Assembly (NCBI GenBank): GCA_965215565.1
Contig: CBDCDZ010000004.1
Location: 160,001 to 224,000 of the forward strand
DNA: 64,000 nucleotides
Direction: 5' to 3'
Source of the DNA: Trueperaceae bacterium
Lineage (GTDB): Bacteria > Deinococcota > Deinococci > Deinococcales > Trueperaceae
Shown here one piece after another: positions 18,099 through 27,072 of the stretch (positions within the stretch are counted from its first letter, which is position 1; each line of letters begins with the position of its first letter). The notes below the pieces were generated by a model. The model saw only the letters and a program-made list of their open reading frames with translations. It did no database searches and was not told where the DNA came from. A program made the position numbers and the translations under genes.

Positions 18099-19742
18099 AT
18101 GCACACTTCACCGCCCCAAACCCTCACGCAACCGGACTGGTACAAAGACGCCGTTTTGTATGAACTTTACGTACGCGCCTTCAACGATTCCAACGGCAAC
18201 GGGCACGGTGACTTGCTGGGCGTCGTCGAGAAGCTGGATTACTTAGCTGGACTCGGCGTGGACTGTTTGTGGCTCTTGCCGATTCAGCCTTCACCCCTCA
18301 AAGATGACGGCTACGATGTCTCGGACTACTACGGTATTCATCCCGACTACGGCACCTTAGATGACTTCAAAACGCTCGTGAGCGAAGCGCACGCACGCGG
18401 CATGAAGGTTATCACCGATTTGGTCATGAACCACACCAGTGACCAGCACCCGTGGTTTCTGGAGAGCCGCTCGTCTCGAGATAACCCCAAGCGCGACTGG
18501 TACGTCTGGAACGGTGACGACAAAAAGCATCCCGAGACGCGCATCATCTTCTCCGACACGGAGATTTCGAATTGGGCGTACGACGAGACGACCGACCAAT
18601 ACTACTGGCACCGCTTCTTCACCGATCAGCCCGACCTTAACTACAACAACCCCGAGGTCAGGGCGGAGATGCTCAACGTGGTGAAGTTTTGGCTCGAGCT
18701 GGGTATCGACGGCTTTCGCTTAGACGCCATCCCCTACCTCTTCGAGCGCGAAGGCACGCTGAACGAAAACCTGCAAGAGACCCACGACTTCTTACAGGAG
18801 GTCAGGGCGTTCGTAGACGAGTTTGCGCCAGGGACGCTCCTTTTAGGGGAGGTCAACCAGTGGCCCAACGACACCATTCCTTACTTTGGCAACGGTCACA
18901 ACGAGCTGAACGCGCTCTTTCACTTTCCGGTCATGCCGCGCCTCTTCAAAGCGGTAGCCGAGGAAGACCGGGGCAGCGTGGACTGGATTATGGAGCGCAC
19001 GCCGCACATCCCCGAGACGTGTAGCTGGGTGGTCTTTTTACGCAATCACGACGAACTTACCTTAGAGATGGTCACGCAAGCCGAGCGCGATTTTATGTAC
19101 CAGACGTACGCCCCAAAGCCGCGTATGAAGCTCAATTTAGGTATCCGCCGCCGCTTAGCGCCCCTACTGGACAACGATCCGCGTAAAATCAGGCTGATGA
19201 ATTCCCTGCTGATGACCCTGCCCGGCACGCCGATTCTCTACTACGGCGACGAAATCGGCATGGGCGACGATCTCTCGCTGCCCGACCGTCACGGGGTGCG
19301 TACGCCGATGCAGTGGACGGGCGAGGCGAACGCGGGCTTTAGCCAAGCGGATGAACTCTACGCGCCTATGATAGATAGAGAACCGTTCGGCTACAGATGC
19401 GTCAACGTGAACCGGCAAAAAGAGAACCCGCAGAGCCTGCTCTGCTGGACGCAGCGGCTCATCAAAACGCGCAAGCAGCACCCCGCTCTGGGGCGCGGCT
19501 ACTTCGAAATCTTACAGACGAAGAACCGGACGATTTTGCCCTTTCACAACGTCTACGAAGATGATGTGGTGATCGCTGTGCACAACCTCTCGGCGGAGAA
19601 GCAGCGCTTTGAACTCGACCTCTCGAGCTACCGAGACGCGTCTCTTAAAGATGCCCTGAGCGGACAAGAGGTCACCCTAGCAGGTGAACGGACCAGGCTC
19701 GAACTACCCCCCTACGGCGTCCAGTGGCTCGCGCTCAGTTAA
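18099..19742 (+). CDS. treS: Second, stand-alone trehalose synthase (GH13)
   Basis: WYKDAVLYE, RLDAIPYL, LGEVNQWP, LRNHDELTLEMV; no kinase domain. Confidence 0.92.
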   Translation: MHTSPPQTLTQPDWYKDAVLYELYVRAFNDSNGNGHGDLLGVVEKLDYLAGLGVDCLWLLPIQPSPLKDDGYDVSDYYGIHPDYGTLDDFKTLVSEAHARGMKVITDLVMNHTSDQHPWFLESRSSRDNPKRDWYVWNGDDKKHPETRIIFSDTEISNWAYDETTDQYYWHRFFTDQPDLNYNNPEVRAEMLNVVKFWLELGIDGFRLDAIPYLFEREGTLNENLQETHDFLQEVRAFVDEFAPGTLLLGEVNQWPNDTIPYFGNGHNELNALFHFPVMPRLFKAVAEEDRGSVDWIMERTPHIPETCSWVVFLRNHDELTLEMVTQAERDFMYQTYAPKPRMKLNLGIRRRLAPLLDNDPRKIRLMNSLLMTLPGTPILYYGDEIGMGDDLSLPDRHGVRTPMQWTGEANAGFSQADELYAPMIDREPFGYRCVNVNRQKENPQSLLCWTQRLIKTRKQHPALGRGYFEILQTKNRTILPFHNVYEDDVVIAVHNLSAEKQRFELDLSSYRDASLKDALSGQEVTLAGERTRLELPPYGVQWLALS

Positions 19743-19844
19743 ACGCTAAATTCTTGCTAGCGGCTCTGCGCTGTACTCATAAAAATTGCCGCAGGTATCA
19801 TTATGATTTGCGCTCATCCGCGCTGCTTTCCTCTCGGCGCGTCC

Positions 19845-19946
19845 ATGACCAGATGATACCTGCTGTATTCTATGACCAGATGATACCTGCTGTATTCTAT
19901 GACCAGATGATACCTGCTGTATTCTATGACCAGATGATACCTGCTA
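19845..19946. repeat. Tandem array of a 27-bp unit (about 3.8 copies) containing the MITE A terminus
   Basis: ATGACCAGATGATACCTGCTGTATTCT at 19845, 19872 and 19899; partial copy at 19926. Confidence 0.95.
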
Positions 19947-19958
19947 TATGATGACAGC

Positions 19959-20813
19959 ATGAGCCGAAACGTCGCAGTCGCTATCATCCACGGCATGGGT
20001 CCCAAAGAGCCCGACTTCGCCGACAACGTCATCCAGAAGCTCCACCACTACTTTCCGCAACACCTAAAAGGCTACGAGAACGCGTGCTTCGTCGCTAAAC
20101 CCGTCTACTGGGCGGAGATTCCTCACGAAAAAGAGGAGCAGGTCTGGGGGCGCGTCGAGGCGTCGGGCCCGATGAACAGCACCGATCTGCGTCGCTTCAT
20201 CTTCAACCTTGCGGGCGACACCTTAGCCTATCAACCGAGCGAAGGGCGTGAAGACCTCTATGTTAGCGTGCACAAGCAGCTTGAAGAGACCTTCGCCGAA
20301 CTCGCCCGTGAAGCAGGTGAGAACGCGCCTCTATGCATCGTCGCGCACAGCTTAGGCACCGTCGTCGCGCACAACTACCTCTTCGATATGCAAAACGGGC
20401 GCGAAGAGGTCTCGGAGTTGCCGCGCCCCGACACGCCCCTCGAGCGCGGTGACACGCTCTCCCTCTTCTGCACCTACGGCAGCCCTATCGCCATCTGGCG
20501 GCTCCGCTTCGGCGACGATTACAAAGCCATCGACTTTCCGGGCAAAGAGGTGGCAGAAACGTATCCCGATATGAACCCTAAGTGGCTCAACCTCTACGAC
20601 AAGAATGACGTGTTGGGCTATCCCATCAGCAAGCTAACAGACCGCTATGAGGAACTTTCAGAAGCGGGGTATCTGGAGGACCGCGCGACAGACGTAGGCA
20701 GCCTCTTCACGAGCTGGAACGCGATGTCACACCAGATGTACTTACACGATGACGACGCGCTAGAGGAGTTGGCGGGGTTCATCGCTGATATTTGGAAGGG
20801 CGCGTTCGGGTAA
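19959..20813 (+). CDS. Putative alpha/beta-hydrolase (lipase-like)
   Basis: IIHGMG, IVAHSLG nucleophile elbow, TYGSP, D.LGYP, C-terminal SH. Confidence 0.75.
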   Translation: MSRNVAVAIIHGMGPKEPDFADNVIQKLHHYFPQHLKGYENACFVAKPVYWAEIPHEKEEQVWGRVEASGPMNSTDLRRFIFNLAGDTLAYQPSEGREDLYVSVHKQLEETFAELAREAGENAPLCIVAHSLGTVVAHNYLFDMQNGREEVSELPRPDTPLERGDTLSLFCTYGSPIAIWRLRFGDDYKAIDFPGKEVAETYPDMNPKWLNLYDKNDVLGYPISKLTDRYEELSEAGYLEDRATDVGSLFTSWNAMSHQMYLHDDDALEELAGFIADIWKGAFG

Positions 20814-20900
20814 TAGTAGCTTAGTTGAGAACTTTCCGGCTAAAGTCTCCGAACAATCTGACGTTCACCCACATATTTAGTTGAATCTGCTTGAAAAGGT

Positions 20901-21410
20901 TCACTCTGCGATAAGAATAGGAAGGGTCTTGAAATCTTCTACACCAGTGGTACAAGCAGGAACAGGGAGCAGGCAGGTTGTTCCAGTTTTAATGGTGAAC
21001 TTTAATTTAGGGTTGCCAAGTGGCGCGGTTTCAGAGACTGAAACCTCAAGCCTGATAACTTGCGAGAAATCTCTGTGTAAACCTTGATACGAACAAGTGA
21101 GCCCTGCGTATTGGCTACAATCCCAGTTTTCTTTAGAGGAAACCAAATCCAAAGTAATTTCTCTATCTCCTCCATACGGAGAATCAAAAGTAGCGTAAAA
21201 GTCGGTACGCTCTAAATCTATTGACCCTCCAAAAATCTCGATATCTGCAATCTGACTCTCACCTCTTTTAATTGTAAGAGAATCTTGTAAGAAGCTGGCT
21301 CTAACATCATAGTCACGAAAACTTAGCAGTTCACAAGATGTTAGAGCCAGCAAGATAACAGTTGACAGTCCAGCTTTGATGACTCTCGGTAAAGACGTGA
21401 ATACATTCAT
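20901..21410 (-). CDS. Low-GC hypothetical lipoprotein
   Basis: Lipobox-like LLALTSC; AT-rich compared with neighbours. Confidence 0.65.
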   Translation of the reverse strand: MNVFTSLPRVIKAGLSTVILLALTSCELLSFRDYDVRASFLQDSLTIKRGESQIADIEIFGGSIDLERTDFYATFDSPYGGDREITLDLVSSKENWDCSQYAGLTCSYQGLHRDFSQVIRLEVSVSETAPLGNPKLKFTIKTGTTCLLPVPACTTGVEDFKTLPILIAE

Positions 21411-21689
21411 AAGCACTCATCCACAATCCCCTTTTAAGAAAGGAAAAGTTTTCTCCCGTGACCGCGTTTCAGGAGAAGGCAAGAGGCGTGTTGTAAGCTC
21501 GCGAAGATACTACTCATTTTTGAGCATTGTACCTTTACCCCGCGTGCCTCTCACGAAAAATCTCATAGAGGAAAATCTCTTCGCAAATCAAGAGCCAGAA
21601 CTCCGTAGTGTGCCAAAGCTATTCTCCTCTGCGGAGCGCGTCAGCCGCAAGCAAATACTTCTAAAGTTCATTTCGTTTTAGAATAGGGT

Positions 21690-22739
21690 ATGGATTGGTT
21701 ACGACGCAATTGGCCCGACCTCATCATCGGCGTCGCCCTCATCGCGGTTATCGCCGGTATCGTGGCGACGCTGCTCAGCGGCGGCTCCTTTCTCTCCTTC
21801 GGTGGACAGCGCTTAGGGGGTGATGAGGCGAACGCGCAGCAGCCCCCAGCCGTACAAGGTTCGCCGGGTGCTGAGCCGGGGCAAGACCCTACAGCGACGG
21901 ACGCGGCGGACAGTGCTCAGCAGGGGAGCGGTGTCGAGCCCGTCGCGCCTGATTTGCAGGGAGGCGAAGCGAACAGTGCACAAGTTGGCTCGGCGCAGGA
22001 GAACCCGTCCGCTGACGCACCTCAAGCTGCTGGTGTTGACGCCGCCCCGCCCTCTGAAACCGATGCGGTGCCCGCCGCAGATGAAGGTGCAGACCGAAAT
22101 GCTGCGGGTCAAGAGGCGTCACCGGAAACGGCGGACCAAGGGGCAACCGCGCCGGTAGAAGGCACCTCTTACCGTGTTTCGGTGGGCGCGTTCGCCTCGA
22201 GGGAGAGCGCTTTAAGCGTGACCGAGCGCTACAGCGCCGAAGGATTGCCCACGTTTATCGCCGCTCAAGGTGACTTGAGCCTGGCGCTCGTCGGTCCTTA
22301 TGCAACCGAGGAAGAGGCGAACCAGGTGGCGCAGCAGATTGTCGAGGACGGCGGCGAGGCGCTCGTCTACGCCTACGAACCGGAGAGTGGCGCTCCCTCC
22401 GATGAGCCGGATGTGGCAAGTGATTCGGCTTCGGCGGTGGGCGGCGCGGATGTAGCCGACGCTGCCGCGGGCTCGCCCGATGCCGCAGATTCCCCTAGCG
22501 CTGAAGGTGCGCTTGGTACTAGTGGTACCTTTTTGCAAGCGGGCGCGTTCGGCTCTTCGGAGAGCGCGCAGTTTAGGCGCGAACAGATAGAAGAACTCGG
22601 CTACGTCACTTCTGAGCGCGAAACGGGTGCGGGACTCGTTCGGCTGTTCGTCGGACCGCTCGGACCCAACGAGATCGAAGAAGCACAGGCGCAGTTGGGC
22701 GCACTCGGTATCGACAGCTTCCCGGTCTCCATCCCTTGA
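21690..22739 (+). CDS. Membrane-anchored protein with two SPOR domains
   Basis: N-terminal TM, low-complexity linker, YRVSVGAFAS...VGPY and FLQAGAFGS...RLFVGP. Confidence 0.88.
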   Translation: MDWLRRNWPDLIIGVALIAVIAGIVATLLSGGSFLSFGGQRLGGDEANAQQPPAVQGSPGAEPGQDPTATDAADSAQQGSGVEPVAPDLQGGEANSAQVGSAQENPSADAPQAAGVDAAPPSETDAVPAADEGADRNAAGQEASPETADQGATAPVEGTSYRVSVGAFASRESALSVTERYSAEGLPTFIAAQGDLSLALVGPYATEEEANQVAQQIVEDGGEALVYAYEPESGAPSDEPDVASDSASAVGGADVADAAAGSPDAADSPSAEGALGTSGTFLQAGAFGSSESAQFRREQIEELGYVTSERETGAGLVRLFVGPLGPNEIEEAQAQLGALGIDSFPVSIP

Positions 22740-22766
22740 CGTTTAGACTCACATCTCGGTGTTTGT

Positions 22767-22810
22767 AAAAGGAGAGCCGCAGCTACCGGGTTAGCTGCGG
22801 CTCTCCCTTT
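22767..22810. terminator. Bidirectional terminator
   Basis: GGAGAGCCGCAGCTA-loop-TAGCTGCGGCTCTCC between convergent genes. Confidence 0.85.
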
Positions 22811-22822
22811 GCTAAGTGCAAG

Positions 22823-23674
22823 CTAGCGTGCTAGGGCTGCCTGATGAGTTTCGGTGTAAGACGCTACGCGCTCGCTCAACCTCTCGCCGAGCTGTTTCGT
22901 CACCTCGCCCGCTCGCCCGTCTCCAATGATTTGTCCGTCAATCTTAGAAATAGGCATGGCTCCTTTTGTCGTGCTGGTGATGAAAACTTCTCTGGCGTTC
23001 ATGACCTCTTCTAGACTCACCCGCCGCGTCTCCACCTCTCTATCTCGCGCTAACTCTAATATCCGCTTGCGCGTGATGCCCTCTAAGATGCCCTCAGCCG
23101 GCGTGACGAGCGTGCCCTCTCGCGTCACGATGAAGACGTTTGCCCTCGAGGTCTCCGCCACCTCTCCGCCGCTGTGATAGAGCACCTCTATGGCGTTCGC
23201 CTTCTTCATCTCCGGGATGAGCCGCACGGCTGCCGCGTAGTTGATGGACTTGACCTCGGGAGCGTCGCGCACGTACTCGTGCGTGATGAGCGCCGCACCC
23301 TCTTCGAAGAGCTTGGGGTCGTAGTCCTTGCGCTCGTGCTGGAGCGCGACTAAGTTCGGCTTAGCCGGGGTGAAACCGTCGTCGGAGTAGCCGCCCGTAA
23401 GGAGCAGCCGCACGTTGGCGTCCCCTTCACCGTTCGCGTCTAAAAGCTTGAAGATAAGGTGCTCCAATTCGTTCTTAGCTATAGGAACCTCTAAACGAAG
23501 ACGTTTTGCTGAGCGGTAGAACCGCGCCAGGTAGTCCTCCAAAAAGAGGGGTACACCCTCTTTGACGCGGAAGAAGTCGAAGAGACCGTAGCCGCGTAGA
23601 AGCGCCAAGTCGCTCACGTGAAGCTGCGCCTGAGACGTCCGCACAATCTCGCCGTTGACCATCGTAAATTGCAT
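22823..23674 (-). CDS. Class IV aminotransferase (D-amino-acid / branched-chain type)
   Basis: RGYGLF, VKSINY, ETSRANVF, ILEGITR. Confidence 0.9.
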   Translation of the reverse strand: MQFTMVNGEIVRTSQAQLHVSDLALLRGYGLFDFFRVKEGVPLFLEDYLARFYRSAKRLRLEVPIAKNELEHLIFKLLDANGEGDANVRLLLTGGYSDDGFTPAKPNLVALQHERKDYDPKLFEEGAALITHEYVRDAPEVKSINYAAAVRLIPEMKKANAIEVLYHSGGEVAETSRANVFIVTREGTLVTPAEGILEGITRKRILELARDREVETRRVSLEEVMNAREVFITSTTKGAMPISKIDGQIIGDGRAGEVTKQLGERLSERVASYTETHQAALAR

Positions 23675-23754
23675 GATGCTCCTTTCTGCGCCTACCCCTT
23701 AGCATAGCGCAGTTCGGAAGAGGGTAGTCCGTGCCCCGCCTCATTCCATAGCTA

Positions 23755-23939
23755 TACGAGGTTGCTCGACATATGCAAACTAAGCCGTGCCTGTCACGGA
23801 TGGGACGTAAACTCGGCCCAAACCTGCTCTCAGGCGAAGCCTAGCGGGACTGCTTCGCCTGAGAGCTAGACGGCGGTGGCTGAGTCGCTGAAAAGCTCTA
23901 ACGCTCTCAACAAGGACAAGTAAATCATGCAATTCCGTA
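23755..23939 (+). mobile_element. MITE-like family B copy with nested inserts, including the 41-bp palindrome at 23826-23866
   Basis: TACGAGGTTGC...AAACTAAGCCGTGCC...AAGCTCTAACG...TGCAATTCCGTA. Confidence 0.8.
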
Positions 23940-24597
23940 TTACAACCCCTTGTTTTTCATGTTGCCTCGTTAACAAAATTCTGATGCTTCGTTTGGAATG
24001 GCTGGCTGAACCTTAAAAGTATTGCCAAGACAGCTTTTACTACGCTAGAATAACGTTGTCTGTCAAGTTTTTCACTTTAGCTTTTTGGAGGTTTCGAGAT
24101 GAGGTTTGGTGAAAGGTCACTTAGACAGTACGTGCGTGAGAACGCTCATCTTCGCGTAATTCCTTGAAGAGTCTTAGGTGAGATTTCTATTCTAATCACC
24201 TTCGAATTCACCGCGCTTACATGGAAAACTCTACTGACGAAGCATCTTGTGCGCGTCTAAGCTTCTTCAGAGTGCTTTACCGGGCGGAACGATGATGGGA
24301 GGTTCGAGGACAAGCTAAATACTCATAGCGTTTCCACCTGTTCTTGCCACAGCAAGAACAGGTGTGAGCGGATGCGAATAGAAATAAACGCTCTCAGTTG
24401 TGTAGCAGCGACTTGTGGAATTGCTATAAGTTTCAACACAGGGGGGTAGTAGGACGCCTCAGACCCGTCATTCGTCCCTTTAGGTCATAAGGGGAGCTAG
24501 TTTGAGGTCCGTCTGCTTACGAAACGCTCTCTCACAAACGTTTTGAGATGATGCTTACAGCGTATCTCATCGTAGCGTGAAGTCAAAGGATGAAACG

Positions 24598-26595
24598 ATG
24601 CCAAAACCTGCCCCCTGCACACACAAAGTATTCTTACTCCTATCCATTTATACTGCGTTCCTATGCGCCTTGTGCGCAGGAATGATTGGGGCGGCTCAGC
24701 CCGCCGTCCCTGCCCCTCAAGTGCTCGACATGAGCGCGATAGAAAGTGCGTCCGCGACGGTCGGGGTTTCTCTTGAATATCCTACGGTGATCGAATTCGG
24801 CGAGATGAGTATAGAGAGCGTCGAGGCGAGCGAGCGCGGTCAGATTCTTGCGGAGGTCGGCGGTAATACGGTGACTATCCGGGCTAACCGGGAGGAGGTT
24901 GACACCGAATTCGCCGTCAGCCTTATAGGGGGACCGACTGTGCGCTTCACCTTCGTCTCCGACCCCGGTGCCGAGGGTCCAACGCGCTACGTCGTGAGGA
25001 GTGAGCAACCTTCTGTGAGCGCGGCCGAGGAAAGCGCCGAAGCAGAGACGGTAGCAGAGGCAACACAAGCGGAGGCAGCAGAGGCAGAAGCAGAGGCGTC
25101 CGAAGTCGAGGTAGAGGAAGCACAAGCGGAGGAGGCTGAAGTAGCGGCAGAGGAAACACAGGCGGAGGAAACAGAGCCAGAGGCGTCCGAAGTCGAGGCG
25201 GTAGAGGAAGAAACACAAGCGTCGGAAACACAAGCGGAGGAAGCAGCGGAGGCAGAAGAGGCTGAAGTAGAGGCGTCTGAAGCAGAGGCAGAGGAAACAC
25301 AAGTGGAGGCAGAGGCAGAAGTGATAGCGGAGGAGGAAGCGGCAGCGGTGGCAGCAGCAGCGGCGGAGGCGCGAGCGGCGGCAGAGGCGGCGGCAGAAGC
25401 GCGAGCGGCGGCGACGGAGGCGCAAGCGGCGGCGGCGGAAATGAGCCGAGCTGATGGCAGTGGTGATCTCTTGTCACCTTTAGAGGTGGAGGCTTTGCCC
25501 CCCGAACTTGAGTTCAGAACTAGCGCCTACCAGCCTGACCCTGGGTCTATGGTGGTCCAATACGTTCTGACAAACGGTACGCAGAACTTACTCGCTCATG
25601 ACCCTCAACGCCTGCGCATCTACGCTGACGGTGAGACGGTACCTTTTGAGCAGGTGCTGCCCGCAGCAGGTCAGTCTAGGCGTCTCCCGGCTGGCGAGGT
25701 GGAATATGGTGAAATCTTCGTTCCGAATGTTTCCGCGAACGTGAGTGATTTGATACTCGAGTGGGAACTCGTCGAAATAGGACCGGGCATCACCTACCGA
25801 GCAGACAGCAATCTCATTACGTCGCTGAGCGAAGCACCTCTATTTACACCCCGTATAGCCGTCGCTGAGCAGGACGCAGCGACGCCTCCCCAAGCAACCC
25901 CTTCTCAAAGCGCCGAGCCAACGGCTGAACCTGAAGCGCCCGCGGCTGCCCCATCAGCAGCCCCGTCGGACGCGCAACCGACAACCCAAGCCGCAACGCC
26001 GAGCACCGCGGATGAGGCTGAACAGCTTCTTCCGCCCGAGATACTAGCAGAGATACGCAGGCGAGGCTCTGACATCACTGTGATAGGCGGCAGCTTCGAT
26101 GAGCCTGAAATGAACATCGCCGAGGAGGGAGCCGAAGTCACAGGCGTGTCAGAGCTTGGTACCTGGTCTCTTTACACACGCGAGAGAGCCGAAGCGGATG
26201 CCATGGTCGAGGGCGGTGAAGCGTGCATCGACGTAGGCGGTGAAAGCACACTCTTCCAGGTTCAAGATATCGGCTTTGGGTACGCGGGGTTCCCCCTCAC
26301 CAAAGGTAGGACTTACCGCCTTACCTTCGAAGCTTACGCTGACAAGCCCGTCTTCTTCCGCTCGCTCGTGGGGCTCGCCGTGTCACCCTATTCGGAGTCT
26401 TTCGCCCGAGTGGAGGCGCTCAGCACGCAGGAACAGACCTTCTTCTACACGTTCGAGGCGAGGAACGACAGCGACCTCAACCGCGTCGCTTTTCTCTTGG
26501 GCGGCAACCAAGCCTCTTCTTTCCGCATCTGCTTTGACAACATTGTGTTGTCTGAAGCAGGTGAGGTGGCGCAGAACAGGGTATCTGACGAGTAG
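24598..26595 (+). CDS. Secreted multidomain protein with Glu/Ala-rich repeats and a probable C-terminal carbohydrate-binding (CBM4/9-like) domain
   Basis: AAAGGA RBS, signal peptide, EAEA repeats, C-terminal GRTYRLTFEAYA...FYTF...ICFDNIVL. Confidence 0.7.
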   Translation: MPKPAPCTHKVFLLLSIYTAFLCALCAGMIGAAQPAVPAPQVLDMSAIESASATVGVSLEYPTVIEFGEMSIESVEASERGQILAEVGGNTVTIRANREEVDTEFAVSLIGGPTVRFTFVSDPGAEGPTRYVVRSEQPSVSAAEESAEAETVAEATQAEAAEAEAEASEVEVEEAQAEEAEVAAEETQAEETEPEASEVEAVEEETQASETQAEEAAEAEEAEVEASEAEAEETQVEAEAEVIAEEEAAAVAAAAAEARAAAEAAAEARAAATEAQAAAAEMSRADGSGDLLSPLEVEALPPELEFRTSAYQPDPGSMVVQYVLTNGTQNLLAHDPQRLRIYADGETVPFEQVLPAAGQSRRLPAGEVEYGEIFVPNVSANVSDLILEWELVEIGPGITYRADSNLITSLSEAPLFTPRIAVAEQDAATPPQATPSQSAEPTAEPEAPAAAPSAAPSDAQPTTQAATPSTADEAEQLLPPEILAEIRRRGSDITVIGGSFDEPEMNIAEEGAEVTGVSELGTWSLYTRERAEADAMVEGGEACIDVGGESTLFQVQDIGFGYAGFPLTKGRTYRLTFEAYADKPVFFRSLVGLAVSPYSESFARVEALSTQEQTFFYTFEARNDSDLNRVAFLLGGNQASSFRICFDNIVLSEAGEVAQNRVSDE

Positions 26596-26671
26596 CGCCG
26601 AAGTCGGGCTCCGCTGTAACCCCCTTTAACGCTACGCCTCGTGGGGGAGCGCCGCCGATACATCAAACTCA

Positions 26672-26804
26672 TAGCAGGTATCATCTGGTCAGCTATACCC
26701 TCACCAAAGAGAACATCGTTCAGCACGCACTTGATTGTGATGATATCTGCGAAGGAGTGTTGCTTCGCATAACTACGTTCAAGCAACGATAAGTGGAACT
26801 GCTA
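26672..26804 (+). mobile_element. MITE family A copy with a single 21-nt insert (26761-26781)
   Basis: Compared with 36433-36543: AGTGT[TGCTTCGCATAACTACGTTCA]AGCAACGATAAGTGG. Confidence 0.92.
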
Positions 26805-27072
26805 TCATGTGGATTCCGCGATTAGTCGGAATCCGTATAATACCGTTTCCGGTCAATTCCTAAAGGAATTGACCGGAGCAAGGAGTTTTCAACTGAAGGT
26901 GGCGTTACGGGCAGGTAACAGGTGAGCATTGAAAATGCTGGGGCTTTCAGCCTTAACCTGCCGTCGCATCTTCAAATGGAAGCGACGAGCGCTTATAACG
27001 GCGTGAAGTCGCGTGGTTCGCTCCCGCTGGACGCAGTCGTGTGGTTCGCTCCCGCTAGCCGTTGAGGACTCT

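Noticed and set aside
19845..19946. Possible CRISPR array
   Set aside because: Units are identical head-to-tail with no unique spacers, the sequence is the MITE end, and no cas genes are present
23940..24597. Riboswitch or ncRNA in the long intergenic region
   Set aside because: Only a hairpin and a MITE-like end (about 24400-24428) are visible; no recognisable family
24661..25477. Cys/Arg-rich and Pro/Leu-rich minus-strand ORFs as possible RiPP or metallothionein-like genes
   Set aside because: They are antisense shadows of the Glu/Ala repeat in the + strand gene
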